Shown here: one piece after another, positions 50,803 through 62,930 of the stretch
Layout of the letters: the number at the start of each line of letters is the position of its first letter
Numbering within the stretch: the first letter of the stretch is position 1
Source: Scyliorhinus canicula
Lineage: Eukaryota
DNA: 64,000 nucleotides
Direction: 5' to 3'
Assembly: GCF_902713615.1 (NCBI RefSeq)
Contig: NC_052176.1
Coordinates: forward strand, 11,546,243-11,610,242
Made by a program: the position numbers and the translations under genes
The notes under the pieces: generated by a model
The model's database searches: none
What the model saw: the letters and a program-made list of their open reading frames with translations, nothing else
What the model was told of the DNA's origin: nothing

Positions 50803-53800
50803 GCAAAGATGGACTCCCAAGTAGAGAATGTTGGTTCAAGGAGAGGATGTTGGTCGAGCTCCAGCTGAAGGGCCTGAGCTCCTCTGGGAGGGGGTCCATC
50901 TGCCACGGACCGACCAGGAGTCTGGAACATTTAGCCCAAGAGACAGGAAGGCGCTCAACATACCATTCCTCTGGGAATGATGGATGTACCGGAGCAGATG
51001 GATATTATTGTAAATGGTGCGGTTTGGGACGGTGTAGGATTGGTCCATGTGGTCCAGCACAGGGCCAAGGCGCAGAGTCTTGACCTTGGCAAATATTTAG
51101 TAGTCTGTGCTGAGGAGGGAGACCGGTCACCCGTTTTTGAGTCGGCGGAGATCCCCCTTCTTGGGCAGCAGGGCAATAACGGCCCTGCGCCATGAAACGG
51201 GCATCTCCCCGGTCGCGACACATTCCCCCAGGACCCCAGCGTAGTCGCTCCCCAGGACGTCCCAGAACGCCCTGAAGAACTCCACGGTCAGCCCGTCCAG
51301 CCCTGGGGTCTTGCCCCTTGACAAGCTGTCGAGGGCACCGGTCAGCTCTTGAAGATTGATGGTATGTTCGAGCCTCCAGACGCCGTCCGGGCCGACCTGA
51401 GGCAGGTCCTCCCACAGAACTCTGCAAACGTCCTCGCTGCACGGATCCGGAGTAAAGAGGTCAGAATAAAAGTCCCTGATTAGGGTCCTGACCCCCTCCG
51501 GATCCGAGACGAGGGACCGTCGTCGCCCAGCAGTGAAGGAATCTGCTGACGGGCCCCGCGTCCTCTTTCCAGCGAGTAGAAGAAGGGGGAGCCGCAGTCC
51601 ATGTCTGCCAAGAGATGGATCCACGACCTCATGTACGCGGCATGGGACCCGACAAGTTCCAGGTTCTGCAGCGTGCCCCTCTACTCGCTGTACACCAGCC
51701 CCAGGGCCGGGTCCTCATCGGGATCAGCCAGACGTGATTCCAGATGGAAGACTGCTTCAGCCAATTTGGCGATCGTGGATTTCCGCCACGCCGTTGACCC
51801 CTTCGTGTCCCTCTGACAGAAGGCGCGGACGTGAGTCTTGCCCACGTCCCACCACAGCCTCAAGGAGGGGAAGCCATCCCGCTTCTTTCTCCAGCCGGCC
51901 CAGAAACGGCGAAACGAGTCCAGGAACCGCTCGTTGTCCAGCAGCGTGTTGTTAAAGTGCAAGTACGCGGACCGTGCCTGAGCGCGGGACGGGCCGAGCC
52001 CCGCCCACACCAGGTGATGATCCGAGCACGGCACCAGCTCCAGAGATGCCGTCGGAACGCTGGGCGAGTACATCCTAGAAATGTAAAGACGATCGATTCT
52101 GGGCGCTCCGAACAGAGGGCCCACAAATGTGTACACTGCGATTCAGGATGGAGAGTTTGCCAGACGTCCACCAAGTCGAAGGACCTGACCAGGTCCCTTA
52201 ACCTGACCACCGCCTACGTGCTGCGCTGGACTCTACCACAGTCCTTGTCCTGGAGGATGCAACTGGAATCCCCTCCAAGGACGATGCACTCGCCCACAGG
52301 GATGGTGCCAAGAAGAGTGGACCCTTTGTCAAAGAAAGCCGTCTGCTGCGGCCCGGCCAGGGGAGTGTATACATTCACAAAGTGAAGCACCACGTCCCTG
52401 TCGCGGATCGTTAAATGCAACAGACGGCCTGGCACTGGCTCCTTGACCCTCAAGATCCCTGTCTGAAAATGTGGAGCCAACAGGATAGCCACCCCGCCCG
52501 AACGTGGGGCCAAGTGACTCATGCAGTCTCCTTCTTGCCACTCCAGGGTCCACTTAGCTTCGTCCCCCGGAATGGCGAGGGTTTCTTGCAGGAAGCACAC
52601 CCCGTACTTTCCGCCCTGGAGGACAGAGAAGCATTGGAAACGGTGATGCGTGTCCGTGCTGCCGTGGATGTTGAGGCTGGCTATGGTTACCTCCATGTCA
52701 GTTGTAGAGTGTGTCCTTCACCAATCAGCCATAACTCAGTGCTCAGAGGAAATAGAGGGTTGTGCCCCCTCCACTCCCTCAGGAACCCCGCGAGGAACAG
52801 AACAGCTTGGCGCTGCTCCCCTTGGTCTGGGTCAATCCAACCCCCAGGATCGGCCTCAGGCGGGTTCCTCACAGGCTCCCCACCTGGATTCAGAGTCCGT
52901 GGATGGCGGCGGCTCCGACCCGGCCTCCACTGTCGATGCCAGGCCCTCGGAGAGACCCGGGAACAGCTCCGGGATGGATCCTGGGTTCCTTGGCATCGTC
53001 TACATGGGCCTTGTGAGTGGGGAACCTTCCTCGCCGTCGCCCGCCCACAACCTGAAGATATCGGGGCTCTGGTGGCTGCTGCCAGCCCCCAGCGATGAAC
53101 AAAAGGAGGTGACCGGGGACTAAAACTACACCGGGCGGAACGAGCACTCGGGGGGTCAGGTCTCCGCCCGCCCCCGGGCCTCCCTGGTTGGGGGACGATG
53201 GCAGCTCGGGTGCCTCAGCGGCCTTGGAGGCTGCCTTGGCCTTCTTTTTAACGGGGCTGGACGTCAGTATGATGGGAATAAACCCAGGAGATACCCGACC
53301 CCGCTCGCCTGGGGAGGGGGTAGCGAGATGCACCACCTCCTCCAACCCGGGCCGGCGGTGCGGGGGGGGCAGGCTGATCTTGCTGTGGGGCCTCCACTGC
53401 TGGAGGGTCCTCGGCAGCGTCCCCCCCGCCCCCACCCCCCCCCCTCCCCCCATCGCCCAGCCCCTGGGACTGTGGTGAGGCTGGAACAGCCTCCAGCTCG
53501 GGGCCGTACACAGGTTCCCCACCACCCTCCGGAGCCCGTGTGCTGGTCTCTCCGGGCCCCTCATGTTGTTGTGAGGCGGTGGCGGTATCCCGAGGTGAGG
53601 CTGCAGCCTCTGAGTTGGTTGGGACGGGCACGGGGTCAGTATGCGTGATGGGGCCAAGGTGTGGATGGGCCCGGTCTGACCGTCGCGCCGTCTTCCCTTT
53701 GGCCTTTTTAGGCTGCCTCTTGGCTAGCGGAGGCTCCCCCTCCCCCTGCCAGCAGCTACGGTGTTGTTAGGGGCCGGCTGCTGGGCAGACAAAGAGGTGG

Positions 53801-54974
53801 TACAGGAGAGGGGGGCAGTGCCAGCCACGGCCGTCCCGGAGATGGTGTTGGCGGCAGCCGTCAGGGTGGGGCAGTTCCGGCGAATATGCCCCAGCCCCCC
53901 CTTAAGCATGGCACCGCATGCCATCCGCAGACCAGATCTCTTAATGGTCCTTCCCTTGGTGGGGAACCACAAACCCTCTCCTCTGTGACCTTCTCCCGGG
54001 TAAGGCGGGTAAAAGCCTGATGCCGGAAGGAGTATACTTGACGGAGGGAAGGGTCCCGGCAGGCCGAGTGTCAGAGGTGCCACCCCGGACCTGACCTCCC
54101 CCAGGAAGTTGAGATGGGGGAGGAGGAACTCGGTGGGGAGGTAGGATGGGACATTGACACGTTCAGCGGTGGCTTCCAGCGGGTCCACCGCCATGTGTCC
54201 CACCCACTGTGAACCCCCTTTCCAGGACACGGTGGGCCGCCTGCTCGGCACGCAGGAAAAACACGGCCTTGCCATACATCGTAGAAGCAGCTACGATCAA
54301 ATGTAAAATCAAAATCGCTTATTGTCACAAGTAGGCTTCAATGAAGTTACTGTGAAAAGCCCCTAGTCGCCACATTCCGGCACCTGTTCGGGAATGCTGG
54401 TACGGGAATCGAACCGTGCTGCTGGCCTCCCTTGGTCTGCTTGCAAAGCCAGCCATTTAGCCCAGTGTGCTAAACAGCCCAGTTAAGCCCAGCCAAGGGG
54501 CCGACGACCCCGGCCATCACACGAGTGCACGCCTCGATGGTCATGGTGGGATGGGCATAACATTTGACCCCAAGTTGCCGCGTTAGTAGGCGGAATGGCG
54601 AGGGGGCCGCGGAGGGTCGAGAGGCTGTTGCCCCCACACAGGTTCTTGGCCACCCTGCCCCCGGCAGAGTGGAGGATGCCCCTGGGGTCCTGGCTATGCC
54701 CACCCTTGGTATGGCACAACCATGTAACTGAAATCAGGGGACTAGGGGAAGGCACCACAACAGCAGGTGGCACAGGGCAGCAGCAGATAGTCACTGTAAG
54801 CCGGGCAGCGTTCTTCAGCCCCGGAGTGGCCTAAAGCAAAGTGGCAGCTGCCACACACCCACCACAGGGGGTGAAAAAGGGGGGCGGACTGCGCTCTTCA
54901 GCCCTGTGAGGGCCCAGGCAAAGTCCTTTGTCTTCACAGCAGCTCCAGACGGACCCACTCCCACCTCACTCAGA

Positions 54975-55325
54975 GGGCGGGAGGACAGAGGCAGGTGTCT
55001 CCACCCCCGGGAGGGGAACAGCACCAGGCCCAGGCAGTCCCGGTCCACCTCGGGCACCGGGATGGAGGACAGATGGCAGGGTCTTCACCCCGGGAGGGGG
55101 GCAGCACCAGGCCCAGGCGGTCCGGTCCCCCTCATTCAGAGGGGCGGGAGGACAGAGGTGCAGGTCGGATGGGAGGGCAGAGGGCAGGGTCTTCACCCCG
55201 GGATGGGGAACAGCACCAGGCCCCAGGCGGTCCTGGTCCCACCTCGGGCACCGGGATGGGAGGACAGGGGGTCGGTCTTCACCCCGGGAGGGGGAACAGC
55301 ACCAGGCCCCAGGCGGTCCCACTCT
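54975..55325. repeat. ~80-bp imperfect repeat x4 in the Tx1 5' UTR
   Basis: Recurrent cttcaccccggga.ggggaacagcaccaggcc(c)caggc.gtcc. Confidence 0.8.
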
Positions 55326-55794
55326 CACCTCCAGCAGCAAAGCAGCAGCTCCACTCCCGCAAGTCTGAGACACTGTGTGTGTGTGGGTGCAAGTGGCCCT
55401 GCGCCCCAGGGCTCAACCAATCACCTTTGTAGCTGTGTGTTTGTCCCAATGAGATATTCAATTTGCAGCCATTGCCTGCAGCTTGTTTGTTATTACACTG
55501 CCATTCAGCCCCTCAAACTCACTTTCTGCAAACTACCATTCCACTGACTGACTTCATTTTAACACCTTTCATAGTTGAAATTGAATTTGGTTTGTACACT
55601 ATTCTGGTTCACAGAGTCCGCTGGTTGATACATTTCAGAGGCATTAGACAATTGTCTTGTCTTGGACAATCACCTGGTTTGAATCACTCCCCTGATTTCC
55701 ACACTCCCTGATTTACCCACACCACTGATTTACTCACTCCCCTGGTTTCCAATTTGTAATTGAATCTGATTTGAACACTCCGCTGGTTTACACA

Positions 55795-56235
55795 GTCAAC
55801 GGAGTCTACACATTCTCCCCATGTTTCCTCTGGGTGCTCCAGTTTCTTCCCACATTCCAAAGATGTGCAGGTTATGTGGATTGGCTGTGCTAAAATTTCT
55901 TTAGTGTCCAAAAAAGGCGAGGGAAGGTTATGGGAGAGGGTGGAGGTGTGAGGATAGGGTTGAGGTGTGGGCTTCGGTACTTGGGGTGCTGGTTTAGCAC
56001 AGTGGGCTAAGTATCAGGCTTGTAATGCAGAACAAGGCCAGCAGCGTGGGTTCAATTCCCGTACCGGCCTCCCCAAACAGGCGGCGGAATATGGCGACTG
56101 GAGCTTTTCACAGTAAATTCATTGAAGCCTACTTGTGACAATAAGCTATTATTATTAGTATGCTATTTCCAAGGGCCGTTGCAGACTCGATGGGCTGAAT
56201 GGCTGCCTTCTGCACTGCAGATTCTATGAAATCTA
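55795..56235 (+). mobile_element. HE1-like SINE with a nested second-family SINE (55983-56157)
   Basis: HE1 core resumes at 56158 after the inserted element. Confidence 0.75.
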
Positions 56236-56598
56236 TGAATTTAGCTCCAGTTGAAAGTTTCTCCAGTCTCCACTTGAATAGTTAACATCCAGTTCTGAGC
56301 AGCTTGCAGCACTTTCTCTGTAACGTGCACCATGACATACTGCCAAACCTGGATTTTAAAATATTTCTTCAGTAACTGCATGTTTACCAATAATAATTAT
56401 TATAATATGTCATTGCTTAGGTCTCTTCTTGTAGCATGAGACCTGGTCTCATCCTGACGTCTGAAACTGCCTTTACCATTCTGATTAAGTTATAAATGTT
56501 CTTATCTGTAAGATATGTACTACATCAATGACATTAGATCAGTTATTCATGGTAAATGAAGGAAAATGGATGAACTGAATCAGTAGTATTTTACAGAG

Positions 56599-57900
56599 CA
56601 GTACTTTTAAACTGCTTTATACCTGCAACCCATTTTAACCAACCAGCCATCCTTTGGGACCCACACCAGCTGACCACCACGACCCAATATGTTCTCTTAC
56701 CTTTAATGCAGCAGATGAGCTTGCTTGGTCCTTATGCTCTCACTTCAATCAGGTTCAGATGTGGAGAGGGCAGCGCGTGTATCAGGTGCAGAGTTCAGCT
56801 GGTTCCTTTGTGCTGTCTTCATCCTTTTGAGGATGAAAATCCAAACCGTTAACATGTAGATCCTTGTGATGTGTAATAGCAACAGAATGCTTGTTTTACT
56901 CAGCACTGGATACTCCTCGTAGACGCGACGCCAGAATTCTGAAAGCCTCATGGGGTTGTGGCGTATTTATTATGTGCTGTCACAGGTGAGGTGCAGAAGC
57001 TCAGTTTGTACATTTGGAGTCAGCTGTCAGTTAGTAATTGAGTCCGGTGTCTCGAACTCAAAGGCAGTTTTCACCAACCAATTCTCTCTCAAAATCTGAA
57101 ACTTCTCCTCTGGAAAAAAGCGATAAAAACTGTTGATCAGCGCAGCCAGTCTATCGACAGTTCCTTTACTAACTATTTCCTTTGATATGTCTTTACAGCG
57201 TGGGGAACATGTAGGAGGTTTGGCTTTCTACTCGCAGTTGCCTAACATTCAATTACTTTTGGAAAGCATCAATTTCTTCACAGTGCCAAAAGCAATCCTC
57301 CTCCTTTCCTTGCAATTTGAGGTTCAGTGTGTTTAGAATTGAAAAGATGTCTGCAAGGTAAGACAGAGAGAGCATCCACGTTTCATCTCCAAATAAATCA
57401 GCCGGAAGGGATCCTGATTTGCATTGGCACAATTTATAAAGACATACCTTCAAATATCCCCTTTATTCTGCTGTGTTCCTGATTTCAGCTCCTTCTGAAT
57501 GGGTTGTTGAGCAGAGGCCGTGGAGCTGACACCAGCTCTGCTTTGTGTTGCTGTCACTCCCCTGGGCGACTCTCCCACAGATTTAGTTGTGAGATCCGGG
57601 CCTGTTTGTGTCTCTGACCCTCTCTTCTTTATTACAAAACCATCCATTTTCAATTCTTCCCAGCTGCCAGCTACAAAATGGAGGATCTGCTCTCCAGCGC
57701 CGCTTCAACCTGGTGTTGCTTCAAAGAAGCTGCCCCTGGACAGCCCGGTGACGTCAGGAAGAGGCGGTCCGGACGCTGTGTGCCTGCGCCTGCGCACTGC
57801 CTGATCGGGCTGAGTGGGCACGCATGCGCGGGACAGCCCCTGGAGAGTGACGTGTTATTACCAGCAGAGAGAATGTGCTGCTGCCGGCAGAGGGAGGCCC
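56599..57900 (-). pseudogene. Internally deleted hAT (Buster/Charlie, ZBED5/ZBED8-like) transposase remnant
   Basis: LSEFW..VYEEYPVLS...MKT..RNQL...R.ALS..EP (C-terminal dimerisation region); W...LSYLADIFSILNTLNLKLQG; N-terminus MDGFVIKKR; TIR-like cagtacttttaaact at 56599 with gaccca subterminal motifs. Confidence 0.75.
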
Positions 57901-57929
57901 AGAGTCAGAGCAATGTGACAATTCGGGGC

Positions 57930-58100
57930 AATCTGATTGGCCACAGAGTTTGTGGATGGGAGGGGCAGTTGCTGTAATTGGCTGCCTGAACGAACCAATC
58001 AGATCCACATAAACGTCACAGCATTCTAAATTCACCAATGGTGACTTGGTTTCTCTCCCATCCTTCATTAACATAGTTCACTGAGTTAGTCTATAAAAGG
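57930..58100 (+). promoter_or_regulatory. H2B promoter: four CCAAT/ATTGG boxes, degenerate octamer ATTAACAT (58067-58074), TATAAAAG (58092)
   Basis: Motifs read directly upstream of the ATG at 58152. Confidence 0.8.
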
Positions 58101-58151
58101 GCAGTTATCTGGCAGTTCTCAGTTATTGTGTGTCTGCAGTTTGCTGTCACT

Positions 58152-58529
58152 ATGGTTGATGACAAAAAAGCTCCAGCTCCCAAGAAGGGCGCTAAGAAAA
58201 CCCAGAAGAAGATCCCAGTAAAGGGCGGCAAGAAGCGGCGAAGGTCGAGGAAGGAGAGTTACTCCATCTACATCTACAAAGTGATGAAGCAGGTTCACCC
58301 CGACACCGGCATCTCCTCCAAGGCCATGAGCATCATGAACTCGTTCGTCAGCGATATTTTCGAGCGTATCGCGGGTGAGGCTTCCCGCCTGGCCCATTAC
58401 AACAAGCGCAGCACCATCAGCTCCCGGGAGATCCAGACCGCCGTGCGCCTGCTGCTGCCCGGGGAACTGGCCAAGCACGCCGTGTCGGAAGGGACAAAGG
58501 CGGTCACCAAGTACACCAGCTCCAAGTAA
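58152..58529 (+). CDS. H2B: Histone H2B, 125 aa, divergent N-terminal tail
   Basis: [27 protein letters not shown]...AVTKYTSSK; ATG at 58152. Confidence 0.98.
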   Translation: MVDDKKAPAPKKGAKKTQKKIPVKGGKKRRRSRKESYSIYIYKVMKQVHPDTGISSKAMSIMNSFVSDIFERIAGEASRLAHYNKRSTISSREIQTAVRLLLPGELAKHAVSEGTKAVTKYTSSK

Positions 58530-58559
58530 AACTGTTCTCAAACTCGTTCAACACCCAAC

Positions 58560-58575
58560 GGCTCTTTTAAGAGCC
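58560..58575 (+). terminator. Histone 3' stem-loop (H2B)
   Basis: GGCTCTTTTAAGAGCC-ACCCA. Confidence 0.95.
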
Positions 58576-59489
58576 ACCCACAATTTCTGGAAAGCAGCCA
58601 AACCATCATACTTTAAACTATTATTAGTTTATTTCTATTAGGAATAGCCAAATCCGTTCAAATAGGGTTTGACAAGAACATAACATTCTGGGTGATGTCC
58701 AGTTATCGCCCGGGCGACCTTCGTGTCTAAGTCCCATCATTTAGTGACCGCTCGGTGACACTGTGTCTTTGGTTTCTGACTTGTTCACATTCGGTATCTG
58801 TCGCGATTTTTGGAGAGAGAATAGATCTCCAAAACCTCCCTTTCAATTTGTGTTCGGGATTCGAAAAAATCTCCCTTCCGATTTATGTCGAGAGCACATT
58901 AGTGCTGTGGGAGAACTACATTTCAATACTGACACTAGCTCCAAACTGCTGACTCCACTTTTAGCACTAAAGTAGTCTACAATATGGATCTTTTTCATAA
59001 TATTTGCAGCTGGCTATAAATTAAACATTCTGTCTGCGGCTGATAGCGTTTTAAACAGCAGCTAGATTAAACTCGATTCGAATCCAAGTTGTAAAAATCT
59101 GTGGGAACAGTTTCGGATCTAAATGCCCCTTCTGCAAATCCGAAACTTTTCCACGGGTACTCACAGACATGCTGAGTTTCTCCAGCATTTTCTCTTTAAT
59201 TCACATTTGCAGCATCCGCATTATTTGCTTTAATTTGTTTTGGGTTCGTCAGTTACAAAGAAATCCCAAATCCGAAACTGACAGATAAAGGGAAACTGTA
59301 GACTCGTCAAAGAGAGAGAATCCAACAATCTCATACTCAAATTTCAATGAGTTAGACACAGTTTTAAGGTCCCTGTTAAATTTTCTCTGTTTTATATTTT
59401 CGCGCTCTTTTATGCTTTGAAATAAATATTCAGTTGGAATCTGAACATTTTGCGCCCAAACTTTCCGCCCTCAGCACCGTGGATCCTCT

Positions 59490-59556
59490 TGATTGGTGCT
59501 TCAAACAGATATCTGATTGGTCACTTTCAGAGCCACTCACTTTATCTGAAAAAGGG
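59490..59556 (+). pseudogene. Scar of a deleted H2A gene (distal promoter fused to half stem-loop and HDE)
   Basis: ...ctgattggtcacttt|cagagccactcactttatctgaaaaagg; the left part matches 16709-16722 and the right part matches 17282-17309. Confidence 0.93.
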
Positions 59557-60038
59557 TGAGCTGTTCTCAATCCGCTTAGTGCCGTGTTTGTGAGAATTTC
59601 CCTGAGGCTTCAGGCTGGAATGAGTATCCCGTGTTGTTGGTATTTACCGGAGGGCGGCTGTTATTAGCGTGCTGGCTTTCTAGCGTGCTGGCTTTCTGAA
59701 ACTGACCGTTTATGTGCAATGGGTCAGCGGGGTTTCAGAATTCATTCCCGCTCTCATTACAAAATCAGTGCGACTAACCAGAGGTCGCCACTCTTTTATT
59801 TGTCAGTTTAGCGGCCTTTAACCAGCAGTGGGACCGGGACGACTCTAATAGTCTAAAATCTCTGTCAGAGCCACCACTCCGTAAAAAAATGACCTGTTGT
59901 CCATTCACTTAACTCAGGTATGTGAGAATGTCACTGCAGCTTAGGAATGCAATGAGACACTGCCGATGCTTATATTCGAAATTACCGCATCTCAACTGAG
60001 GGATTGGGTGTTGAAGCTCTTTTTCTGACAGATGTAGT

Positions 60039-60054
60039 GGCTCTTAAAAGAGCC
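60039..60054 (-). terminator. Histone 3' stem-loop (H3 copy 2)
   Basis: Reverse complement GGCTCTTTTAAGAGCC. Confidence 0.95.
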
Positions 60055-60083
60055 TTTGTTGTTATTATTGGTGAAGCCGGGTT

Positions 60084-60551
<468 letters not shown>

Positions 60552-61120
60552 CTATTTAAGGCATTATAGTGACCGCCCTCTTCTCCTCATTGGATGCAGC
60601 CCGATCCCGTGGACAAGTTTGAAAAGAGCGATGGGCGGCAAGGATATCAGGGCCCTGATTGGTGGACCTGCAACTGACAAACCATCAATTTCAAAAAGCC
60701 CGCCAATTTCACAGGGACAGGGAACGGATATTTGAGAAAACTAAAAAAAAATCAATCTCGAGTTGTGAATATCAAAAACATCTCAATGATTCCTGCTCCC
60801 ATTTTTGTCCCGGATTCGACTCACCCGAGGTTAGATGAATAAAACCGAGCAGGCACAGAATTCCCGCTGTCATTACAATGTCCGTGTTCACTATGTGCGG
60901 TTACAGGGCTGACTGCGGAGAAAGGTTGTTTCAGACTGTACAGCAAATCTATGTCGCCTTCTAATGAGAAAACAAATGAATGATAGGAAAGGATTTCCTG
61001 CTATAACGCCACCCGTCTTAACAGGAAATCGAGGTTTCCAGGGTCTGACTCGCTAAACCAGCTCCATGGGTTATTCTGCTGCAATTCTGAGGTCAGTGCT
61101 CTCAATGTGAGGGTTTGGGC

Positions 61121-61136
61121 GGCTCTGAAAAGAGCC
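61121..61136 (-). terminator. Histone 3' stem-loop (H4 copy 2)
   Basis: Reverse complement GGCTCTTTTCAGAGCC. Confidence 0.95.
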
Positions 61137-61170
61137 TTTGGGTTTTGTTAAAATAGTCAAATGGAGTTTC

Positions 61171-61491
<321 letters not shown>

Positions 61492-62200
61492 TCAGTCAAA
61501 TCGCTGCTGAATGAGAGACGAGCTGCTGCACTTTCCTTTATTATACAGCCCGCCCCGACCTGACTGAGAAAGAGAGAGAGGCGGGGAGCAGACTGAGTGA
61601 CAGACAGAGCAGTGAAATGTCTTTGACCATCCAGCTCCGCCTCCTGCCTGCTCCAACCCACATTTTATATTCCAAACAGAAGTGAAAAGAACGCGCTGAA
61701 CACGTACAAACTGCAACATCACATAGCAGCTAGTTAGAAACGCGGATCTATTAGATCCAGGCATGTCAGTAATATTCCCGCCTCAGTCCACTCCTTTCTA
61801 GAACCAGCCGACCTATCTGCTCCCATTTCAACCCCAGCTCCGATTCCATCCCCACACAACTCCTCTCCCAGACGTGTTGGGAATCTTACTAACATCCCTT
61901 CCAGCTGATATAAAGTGTTTGAGTTGTGAGGCGGGATTTCTCCGCCGTGTTAAGTATTTTACAGACTCTTCCCATGAATCTGTGAATAATGAAACTAATA
62001 CAAACTGTGACTGTTCCCCGGTTAGGAAGAGGCAGCAACTTCCCTGTGTTTTAGTGCAGAGTGGGGGGAGAAGCCCGGTGCAGAGCATGTCAGCGAGTGA
62101 GCGGCAATACTGGATTGACATTTCTATCTGAAATCTGCTCCCAGCACCGGGACAGGGATTCATTGGTCGGGGGATCAGCTCTTTCCGGAGAGATGTGGGT

Positions 62201-62216
62201 GGCTCTGAGAAGAGCC
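62201..62216 (-). terminator. Histone 3' stem-loop (H1 copy 2)
   Basis: Reverse complement GGCTCTTCTCAGAGCC. Confidence 0.95.
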
Positions 62217-62252
62217 TTTGGGTTCAGAGGTTTACAATTTGCTCGCGTTCTT

Positions 62253-62930
62253 TCACTTCTTTGCTGGTTTCTTAGCCTTTGCTGATTTCACTTTGGGCTT
62301 GACCCTCGATTGGATCTGCTTTTTTCCGCCCTTGATCTTTTTCACAGGAGAACTTTTCTTCGGGGCTGCTTTCTTCGCGCTCTTTTTGGGAGCTGCCGCC
62401 TTCTTGGCTGCGGGTTTCTTGGGAGATTTCTTGGCTGCGGGTTTCTTGGCTGCTGCTTTCCTGGGAGATTTCTTGGTTGCGGGTTTCTTGAGAGTTTTCT
62501 TGGCTGCGGGTTTCTTGGGTGCTGCTTTCTTGGGAGATTTCTTGGCTGCTGCTTTCTTCACTAAAGGTTTCTTGCCTGCTCCGGTCTTTATCACTTTCCC
62601 CCCGGCTGTCTTCTTAACGATCTTGAAGGAGCCGGAGGCGCCCGTGCCCTTGACCTGAGCCAAGCTGCCGTTGTCCACACTCCTCTTGACACTTTGCTTA
62701 ATCTGGGACCCCCGTTTATCCACATCGACCCCTTTGCTCCACAGCTGCTTCTTTATGGCCTGTAAGGAAACCCCCTTGCGATCGCCGCTATCCGCCACAA
62801 TCTTGTGGATCAGCTCGGCCAGCCCGGGACCTTCTGGTTTCTTCCGGAGAACCGCCTTCTTCTGCTTCTTGACAGCCTTGACTGGGGCGGCGGCTGGAGG
62901 AGCCGTTTCGGCGGCTGCACTTTCGCTCAT
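62253..62930 (-). CDS. H1: Linker histone H1, copy 2, 225 aa
   Basis: Paralog of 19953-20639 with substitutions and tail indels. Confidence 0.95.
   Translation of the reverse strand: MSESAAAETAPPAAAPVKAVKKQKKAVLRKKPEGPGLAELIHKIVADSGDRKGVSLQAIKKQLWSKGVDVDKRGSQIKQSVKRSVDNGSLAQVKGTGASGSFKIVKKTAGGKVIKTGAGKKPLVKKAAAKKSPKKAAPKKPAAKKTLKKPATKKSPRKAAAKKPAAKKSPKKPAAKKAAAPKKSAKKAAPKKSSPVKKIKGGKKQIQSRVKPKVKSAKAKKPAKK

Larger units (their letters stand above)
48341..55371 (-). mobile_element. Near full-length decayed Tx1-clade non-LTR retrotransposon (~7.0 kb): ORF1 with zinc-knuckle remnant, ORF2 EN-RT-zinc finger from 52696
   Basis: MEVTIASLNIHG, FLQET, LGGD, RIDRLY, SDHHLV, HFNNTLL, WWDVGK, GKTPGLDGLTVEFF, CHFCG..ETVEHVYVVC, GHIRRNCP; ~15-bp TSD ac..tgtgtgtgtgg at 48326-48340 and 55372-55386. 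Confidence 0.88.

Noticed and set aside
48706-50820. 704-aa ORF
   Set aside because: It is a chimera of the 67-bp repeat and frameshifted Tx1 ORF2; much of the RT core is deleted, so it is not an intact gene.
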